Shown here piece after piece: positions 15,734 through 21,622 of a stretch of DNA of 21,622 nucleotides; positions within the stretch are counted from its first letter, which is position 1; every line of letters starts with the position of its first letter. The DNA lies in NCBI GenBank assembly GCA_039801885.1, contig JBDRVN010000027.1, forward strand, positions 1 to 21,622. Direction: 5' to 3'. The notes under the pieces are model-generated. The model ran no database searches and was not told where the DNA came from. It was given only the letters and a program-made list of their open reading frames with translations. Origin of the DNA: a candidate division WOR-3 bacterium. Its GTDB lineage: Bacteria > Hydrothermota > Tepidihabitantia > Tepidihabitantales > DTDR01. Made by a program: the position numbers and the translations under genes.

Positions 15734-16477
15734 TTAACATAGGTCAACATATTTTATCCAAAACATTAGTCTACCGTATTTATCTCTAATTTTTATCCAA
15801 CCAAGAGGTTCAATCCACTCTTCGTTAGTATCATAATTAAAATGGAAGATTCCTATTTTTATAAATTCGTCTTTCTGTCCTATTATTTTAAATAAGGAAT
15901 ATTTATATTCATCCTTTGAAATTATTATAAAATCAGCATCATTTTTCGGTTCTTTATAAACTTTTCTTTTCCCATTTTCGGTAAAATAGAAAATGTTGAT
16001 AAAGAAGTTATTAGGAATAGGTATACTATCTACCATTAAAATATCGGTGTAAAAATTTTTTTCTATTTCTTTTATATTCACCCATATTTTTAAATTCCTT
16101 ATTGGGTCATAGACAATACATAAAAATTGTTCAAATTTATCTACGATTGGATAACGATAATTTTCAATATATAATTCATCTATTGGCGGATGGAATCCAA
16201 AATTACTAATGGGAATAGTTTTTTTAACTTTCAGAGTTTTCTCATAAATAAATTTTTTCCCCTTTTTAAAATAGCCTTTTAATTTTGTTCCCTTTTTTAT
16301 ACCGGAATTTATCGTTAAAATTCCAATAGTATTTTTTAGAACATCTTTTGAAATATCTTTGTATTCAATATGATATTTTTCATAAGGAGCATCGGCAAAT
16401 AAAGGTAAAGAATATATCAAGATGATCAAACCTAACACAAACATTTTTAAGAAGTGAGATTTTTTAGTTTTATTCAT
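15734..16477 (-). CDS. Hypothetical exported protein
   Basis: 247-aa ORF with signal peptide (..LPLFA); ATGA overlap with the upstream gene; no family recognised. Confidence 0.65.
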   Translation of the reverse strand: MNKTKKSHFLKMFVLGLIILIYSLPLFADAPYEKYHIEYKDISKDVLKNTIGILTINSGIKKGTKLKGYFKKGKKFIYEKTLKVKKTIPISNFGFHPPIDELYIENYRYPIVDKFEQFLCIVYDPIRNLKIWVNIKEIEKNFYTDILMVDSIPIPNNFFINIFYFTENGKRKVYKEPKNDADFIIISKDEYKYSLFKIIGQKDEFIKIGIFHFNYDTNEEWIEPLGWIKIRDKYGRLMFWIKYVDLC

Positions 16478-17019
16478 AATTCCAGTCTCATTAAAGGGAA
16501 TTCTTTATCATTTTTATATATATTAAATCCATTTTTCAAATAAAATTCAATAGGACCCGATGGATTTTCTTCTCTACCTTTTCGGGCAAAGGTTTCAACT
16601 GCTTTTAGTCCTCTTTTCTTTAAATCGTCGATTATTTTTTTGAGAAGTTGGCTACCAATTCCATATCTTCTTAACTCTCTTTTAGGAATAAATAAACACG
16701 AAATCAATATGGCATCGTCACTGGGCATAGATGGGTAATTAAATGAATTGGGAAGAAACTGAGGAGGAGCATATTGGGCATAGCCGGCAGGTTTTCCATC
16801 AGCATAGGCGATCATTCCACAGTTACCAAATATTTTCTTTGTATTAAGTAGCCAATTTAATTTCTTTCTTAACATATCTTCTTTCTTCTCTTTTTTTGGG
16901 TCTATACATTCTTCTGGGAATTCCCAATAGATACAATATTTACAACTAAAAGGATGGCTATCCCATTCCGGAGCATACTTTAAATTTTCCTCATCAAGAT
17001 TAACTATTTCAATTTTCAT
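16474..17019 (-). CDS. GNAT-family N-acetyltransferase (YoaP-like)
   Basis: 'GYAQYAP', 'ISCLFI....RRYGIGSQLL' acetyl-CoA motif, 'FY.KNGF'; N-terminal CKYC. Confidence 0.85.
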   Translation of the reverse strand: MKIEIVNLDEENLKYAPEWDSHPFSCKYCIYWEFPEECIDPKKEKKEDMLRKKLNWLLNTKKIFGNCGMIAYADGKPAGYAQYAPPQFLPNSFNYPSMPSDDAILISCLFIPKRELRRYGIGSQLLKKIIDDLKKRGLKAVETFARKGREENPSGPIEFYLKNGFNIYKNDKEFPLMRLEL

Positions 17020-17102
17020 TTTTTTATTATTTTAATAAGACAAAAGTTCGTGCAGGGGTCATACGCATAATTTATTATACAATAAATAAAAATAAACTTG
17101 CT

Positions 17103-18962
17103 TTACAGTACGGTGACACTCTTTGCTAAATGTCTTGGTTTATCAACATCGCAACCCCGTAAGCAGGCAATGTGATAGGCAAAAAGTTGGAGGGGAATTG
17201 CTACCAAAATTGGTGTTAAAAATTCAATCGTTTCTGGTAGATAGAAAATATCTTCGGAGATTTCTTTTAATCTTTTATCATTCTCATTACCGATGGCAAC
17301 AATTCTTCCACCCCTTGCTTTTGCTTCCATAATATTGGAAATCATTTTTTCATAAGTGGAATCTTTTACACAAATAGAGATGACGGGTGTCTCTTCACTA
17401 ATAACGGAAATTGGTCCGTGTTTCATCTCACCGGCTGGATAGCCGGCAGCGTGGATATAAGAAATCTCTTTTAATTTTAAAGCACCTTCTAAGGCACTGG
17501 GATAGTTAATTCCCCTTCCTAAAAAGACAAAATGGGGAGAGTTATAATATTTCTTTGCTACTTTTTTGATTATCTTATCTAAAAGTAATGCTTTCTTAAT
17601 CTTTTCTGGTATAATTTTTAATTCTTTTAAATAATTTTCTAATTTCTCTCGATTAATTTTTTCTCTTATTAAGGCAAAATATAGTGCCAAAATAAATAGA
17701 TTAAGAATTTGGGCAGTATATGCCTTGGTAGAAGCAACACCAATTTCCGGACCAGCATTTATAAAAATAACATTATCAGCTTCTCTATCCATTGATGACC
17801 TTTTCACATTTAAGATTGCCAAATTTTTTATCTTTCTCTCTTTTGCCTCTCTTAATGCCATTAAGGTATCAGCAGTTTCACCCGATTGGGAAATGGCAAT
17901 CATTAAAGTATTGTTATTAAATAGAAAAGGTCTTGATAATAATTCAGAAGCAATCTCAACATTGGTTGGTATTTCACTTATCTTTTCAAAATAATCTCTG
18001 CCGATTAAACCTGCGTGATAAGAAGTTCCGCAGGCTTGAATTACAATATTACTAATATCTTTTATATCCTCCGGATAAAGATGGAAACTTTCGCCTAAAA
18101 GAATTTCTTTCTCATATATTCTTGTTTCTAAGTTCTCTTTTAAGATTTTAGGTTGTTCATATATCTCTTTTCTCATAAAATGGCGATATCTTCCTTTGCT
18201 TACCTCTTTTGCCTTTAAGTCAATTTTTACGCTTTCCTTTTCTATCTCTTTACCTTCTTCATTATAGAAACTAACTTTATCTTTTCTTAAAAAGCAGATT
18301 TCACCATCCTCCATAATATAAACCTTTTTACAGATACCAACCAATGCCAAGATATCCGAAGCAATCATTCCTTCATTTTTACCAATTCCGCAAAGAAGTG
18401 GACTCCCTTTTTTTATACCAATAAGAAAATCAAAAAGGGAAGAGATAAGGCAAAGGGCAAAACTCCCTTTTAATTCTTTTAATGTCTCACAAAGGGCTTT
18501 TAAAAAACCTTTTTCGGTTAAATTATCTTTCTTGATCTTTTCTTCTAAGAGATGGACAATCACTTCGGTATCGGTTTCGCTTTCAAATTTATGACCATTA
18601 TTAATAAGTTTTTCTTTTAACTCCTGAAAATTTTCAATTATCCCATTATGGACAATTGCTAAAATTTTTTGGCAGTCTAAAAAAGGATGGGCATTTTCGT
18701 CGCTTACCTTTCCGTGGGTTGCCCAGCGGGTATGACCAATACCAATTAAAGTATCTCCTTCTTTGTAAGAAAATAGGGGAGTAGAATTTAAAATCTCTTT
18801 TAATTTAAATAATCGGCCAGCAGTCTTTTTAATAAAGATTTTATCTTGATAATTGATAGCAATTCCACAAGAATCATATCCCCGATATTCTAATCTTTCT
18901 AAGGCAACCAACAAAACTGAAACAATATCCCGCGAACCAATATAGCCAACAATTCCACACAT
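17103..18962 (-). CDS. glmS: Glutamine--fructose-6-phosphate transaminase
   Basis: MCGIVG, LEYRGYDS, GHTRWATHG, HNGIIEN, SQSGETADT, GVASTKAY, GALKLKE, LAKSVT. Confidence 0.97.
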   Translation of the reverse strand: MCGIVGYIGSRDIVSVLLVALERLEYRGYDSCGIAINYQDKIFIKKTAGRLFKLKEILNSTPLFSYKEGDTLIGIGHTRWATHGKVSDENAHPFLDCQKILAIVHNGIIENFQELKEKLINNGHKFESETDTEVIVHLLEEKIKKDNLTEKGFLKALCETLKELKGSFALCLISSLFDFLIGIKKGSPLLCGIGKNEGMIASDILALVGICKKVYIMEDGEICFLRKDKVSFYNEEGKEIEKESVKIDLKAKEVSKGRYRHFMRKEIYEQPKILKENLETRIYEKEILLGESFHLYPEDIKDISNIVIQACGTSYHAGLIGRDYFEKISEIPTNVEIASELLSRPFLFNNNTLMIAISQSGETADTLMALREAKERKIKNLAILNVKRSSMDREADNVIFINAGPEIGVASTKAYTAQILNLFILALYFALIREKINREKLENYLKELKIIPEKIKKALLLDKIIKKVAKKYYNSPHFVFLGRGINYPSALEGALKLKEISYIHAAGYPAGEMKHGPISVISEETPVISICVKDSTYEKMISNIMEAKARGGRIVAIGNENDKRLKEISEDIFYLPETIEFLTPILVAIPLQLFAYHIACLRGCDVDKPRHLAKSVTVL

Positions 18963-18963
18963 A

Positions 18964-20295
18964 TTATTTTAAAATCTCATAAACTTGGTTAGCAATCTTT
19001 TCATCATCAGCATTGATTATTACCCTTAAAAGATTTTCGGTATTAGAAGGTCTTAAATGGAATAAGAAATTTCTTTTAAAAAAGAAAAAACCATCTTCTT
19101 CATTAATAAGATAAGGCTTTCTAAATAACTTAATAAAATTATTCTTTATTCGCTCTTTCATCTTTAAAAAATTTTTAACCTCAAATGCCATTTTCTCTTT
19201 AATAATTATGTAATCATTAAAATTCTTTTTCAATATTGATAAAGGTTTATCTTTTTCTTTGATTAAAGATAGAATAATATAAAAAGCAACAAAACCATCC
19301 CTTGTGAGATTAATATCTTTAACAATCACGCCGCCATTTCCTTCGCCACCAATAAGACTTTTTCTTTTCAACATTTGATAAACAACATTACTTTCACCAA
19401 CCTTTGTTCGATACAAAGGGACATTAAATTTTTCACAAACATCATTTACCAAAAGGCTTGTTGAGAAATTACAAACGATCGGTGTCTTTTTCTTTTCTAA
19501 GAAATATAAAAGAATTAAGGGAAGGGTATATTCTTCACTTAAAATTTCGCCATTTTCACAGACAAAAGCAACTCGATCACCATCCGGATCAAAACCAATT
19601 CCCAAATTTAATTTTTCTTTCTTTATAAAATTAGCTAATTTTCTTAAAGAATTCCCAGAAGGTTCTGGAGGTCTTGGAAAATCTTTTTTAATCTCGGTAT
19701 CACAAAATAAGAAACTTGCCTTTAAATTTAAAGAATTACAGAAATAATTAATTTCTGAACTTGCTGAGCCATTGACACAATCAATTCCGATTTTTAGATC
19801 TCCAAAAGAAAGGTCTCTAAATATTTTATACCTGCTAATTTTTAAGAGATGTTTTTGATAAATAAGCTCTTTATTAAAACTTTCAATTTTGGGCACATCT
19901 TTTCTTTCTAAGTTTTTAATATCATCAAAACTAAATTTTTTAATCTCTTTCTCAAAAAGAAACCGACCTTTACTGGATACAAATTTCAAACCATTTTCAT
20001 TTAATGGATTATGGGAAGCAGTAATAATAATTCCTGGTAATTTGAGTATTCGAGAAGCAAAAACCAATGTTGGTGTTGGAATAATTCCCAAATCAATTAC
20101 ATCTTTATCTGCCTGGATAATTCCTGATATAACCGGTGAATAAAAAATTTTAGAACTTGGTCGGGTATCATAACCTAATAAAATTTTATCTTCCCTTTGA
20201 TTTTTAGAGAAATGGTAAGTAAATATAAAAAAATCATATGGAAAAATATTAAAAAATACCTTTCCCCTTAAACCAGAAACGCTAAATTTATACAT
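18964..20295 (-). CDS. Alpha-D-phosphohexomutase (probable phosphoglucosamine mutase/PMM)
   Basis: TASHNP phosphoserine loop, DPDGDR metal loop, GGEGNGG, RPSNTE. It lies 1 nt from glmS, which suggests GlmM function. Confidence 0.88.
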   Translation of the reverse strand: MYKFSVSGLRGKVFFNIFPYDFFIFTYHFSKNQREDKILLGYDTRPSSKIFYSPVISGIIQADKDVIDLGIIPTPTLVFASRILKLPGIIITASHNPLNENGLKFVSSKGRFLFEKEIKKFSFDDIKNLERKDVPKIESFNKELIYQKHLLKISRYKIFRDLSFGDLKIGIDCVNGSASSEINYFCNSLNLKASFLFCDTEIKKDFPRPPEPSGNSLRKLANFIKKEKLNLGIGFDPDGDRVAFVCENGEILSEEYTLPLILLYFLEKKKTPIVCNFSTSLLVNDVCEKFNVPLYRTKVGESNVVYQMLKRKSLIGGEGNGGVIVKDINLTRDGFVAFYIILSLIKEKDKPLSILKKNFNDYIIIKEKMAFEVKNFLKMKERIKNNFIKLFRKPYLINEEDGFFFFKRNFLFHLRPSNTENLLRVIINADDEKIANQVYEILK

Positions 20296-20303
20296 TTGAT
20301 ATT

Positions 20304-20331
20304 AGTATAAAGAGAAATAAAATTAAGTCAA
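20304..20331 (-). promoter_or_regulatory. sigma70-like promoter, (near-)leaderless arrangement
   Basis: TTGACT 20331-20326, 16-bp spacer, TATACT 20309-20304, 8 nt to ATG 20295, no SD. Confidence 0.65.
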
Positions 20332-20371
20332 GAGTGTTGAATAAGAGCTTATTAAGTTAATAAAAAAAGTG

Positions 20372-20397
20372 GTAACCTTTTGGGGTCTTTTTTCGTA
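20372..20397 (+). promoter_or_regulatory. ECF-sigma-like promoter GTAAC-N17-CGTA (repeat copy 2)
   Basis: GTAAC 20372-20376, CGTA 20394-20397; same spacing as copy 1. Confidence 0.55.
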
Positions 20398-20405
20398 TTA
20401 TATAT

Positions 20406-20657
20406 ATGGGGAGAGTAGAATTAAAAGGATATATTATAGTAATAGATTGTTATCCAAGGGTTGATAAATATACCATTATTAATCCTATGGGCAATTTCAA
20501 AATAATTACAAAGGAAGGCTATTTATCTTTTTACAATTATAATTTCCAAATGGTTTCTAACGATTATTGGAGAAAGGGGTTATTAATTTTAATAAGAAAC
20601 AAATATAAAAAGGAGGTGCTTAAAGCCTGGTATTTTCTTTATTTAATAACTAAATAA
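20406..20657 (+). CDS. Putative leaderless small protein, 83 aa, paralog of 2483-2632
   Basis: 83 open codons in very AT-rich DNA; C-terminus KKEVLKAWYFLYLITK* matches KKEVPKVLIFLYLILK* of copy 1. Confidence 0.45.
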   Translation: MGRVELKGYIIVIDCYPRVDKYTIINPMGNFKIITKEGYLSFYNYNFQMVSNDYWRKGLLILIRNKYKKEVLKAWYFLYLITK

Positions 20658-20971
20658 ATATCTTATTTATATATTTTCTAAAATCTGTATTAATAAAACA
20701 GGAGGATTTTACTTTCTATTGAAAAGGGAGCAGTATAGGAGATAGTATAGAATTTAGTTTTTAAAGATATAATAATTTGAGAAAACTATTTTAAAATGGA
20801 TAAAGATTTCTTTTAAATCTTTTGAAATAAATAAGTTTTGCTTTTGAATGATTATTTTAGTTTTATGATGGTTTTATACTCTGGTTTAGAATTCCTTTTA
20901 TTTTTAGGTTAATTATTATAAGTAAATTTGTTAAGATAGGGTTTTCAAGATAGATAAGAATATAAGATTTT

Positions 20972-20999
20972 TTGACTTTTGATGATAATTTATTATAAT
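20972..20999 (+). promoter_or_regulatory. sigma70-like promoter of gcvT, leaderless arrangement
   Basis: TTGACT 20972-20977, 16-bp spacer, TATAAT 20994-20999, 6 nt to ATG 21006, no SD. Confidence 0.7.
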
Positions 21000-21005
21000 A
21001 CTAAA

Positions 21006-21622
21006 ATGATTAAGAAAACACCTTTTTATGAGAAGCATTTAGAATATAAGGCACAGATGATTGATTTTTTTTCTTATTTGATGCCGATTTCTTATCGCTC
21101 AATTAAAGATGAGGTATTGGCAGTTAGAAATAATTGTGGTCTTTTTGATGTTTCCCATATGGGAAGGATTGAAATTTCCGGAAAGAATTATAAGGAATTT
21201 GTGAATTATCTGATTACTAATGATATTTTTTCTTTAAAAGAGTATCAGGCTTGTTATGCTTGTATGTTATATGAAGATGGCGGGATTGTCGATGATTTGG
21301 TCTGTTATAATTTACCTGATAGAATTTTATTGGTGGTAAATTGTGCCAATTTAGAGAAGGATTATAATTATATTTTATCAATAAATAAAAAATTTAATTG
21401 TGAAGTAAAAAATATTTCCGAAGAGGTCTGCCAATTGGCTTTGCAAGGTAAAAGGGCAGAAAAAATTCTTTCTTTGCTTACTAATGAAAATTTACCAGAG
21501 ATTGGTTTTTATTATTCTAAGGAAATGAAGATATTGGATGTTTTAATGTTAGTCTCCCGAACAGGCTATACAGGTGAAGATGGTTTTGAGTTATATTTTG
21601 ATAAAAGTTATGCCTACAAAAT
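21006..21622 (+). CDS. gcvT: Glycine cleavage system aminomethyltransferase T, 3'-truncated by window edge (absent from ORF track)
   Basis: Manual translation: MIKKTPFYEKH...MPISY..IKDEVLAVRNNCGLFDVSHMG...GGIVDDL...LALQG...SRTGYTGEDGFELY. Confidence 0.95.
   Translation, partial: MIKKTPFYEKHLEYKAQMIDFFSYLMPISYRSIKDEVLAVRNNCGLFDVSHMGRIEISGKNYKEFVNYLITNDIFSLKEYQACYACMLYEDGGIVDDLVCYNLPDRILLVVNCANLEKDYNYILSINKKFNCEVKNISEEVCQLALQGKRAEKILSLLTNENLPEIGFYYSKEMKILDVLMLVSRTGYTGEDGFELYFDKSYAYK

Larger units (their letters stand above)
20358..20892 (+). repeat. Dispersed intergenic element, copy 2
   Basis: Reverse-complement homology to 2243-2679 in three collinear blocks; 20658-20765 vs 2482-2375 has 10 mismatches in 108 nt with no gaps. 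Confidence 0.9.

Noticed and set aside
18940-19000. glmS ribozyme
   Set aside because: glmS starts 1 nt after the mutase stop, so there is no leader to hold it.
14253-20143. Antisense ORFs 14253-14474, 17123-17332, 17725-17994 and 19889-20143
   Set aside because: All lie opposite well-supported genes and have no independent evidence.
2243-20892. Composite transposon, CRISPR array or DGR explanation for the repeats
   Set aside because: No transposase, cas or reverse transcriptase gene; no regular repeat-spacer period; mismatches are not adenine-specific; the enclosed genes are mostly housekeeping.
1-21622. tRNA/rRNA genes, recoding or pseudogenes
   Set aside because: No cloverleaf or rRNA-like GC-rich stretch seen; recognised genes appear full length with no evident frameshift or in-frame stop.

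Overview
AT-rich bacterial window (GC roughly 30% by eye) from a diderm organism. BamA, lipoproteins, FlgD-Ig/T9SS-like C-terminal domains and DUF5916/DUF4837 suggest an FCB-group lineage such as WOR-3 (inference only). The + strand carries the 3' part of a TtuA/TtcA-family gene, a lipoprotein, a secreted FlgD-Ig protein, a DUF5916 protein, clpC, bamA and the 5' part of gcvT. The - strand carries a phosphohexomutase-glmS pair, five small accessory genes (GNAT, hypothetical, Fe-S flavoprotein, DUF167, PD-(D/E)xK), a DUF4837 lipoprotein, an archaeal-type rnhB, and a fibre/beta-helix protein with a small partner. The most notable signals are non-coding. (1) The two largest intergenic gaps (about 2243-2679 on - and 20358-20892 on +) are diverged copies of one unannotated element. 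Each has an ECF-like promoter whose 17-bp spacer is kept by compensating indels, a leaderless small ORF with a variable N-terminus and a shared C-terminus, and a 108-nt 3' block about 91% identical. (2) A GC-rich 5' leader with two hairpins, complementary loops and an anti-SD alternative pairing precedes the fibre gene. (3) At least five genes have sigma70-like promoters 5-8 nt from the ATG, implying leaderless mRNAs. All family calls come from motif recognition; no searches were run.
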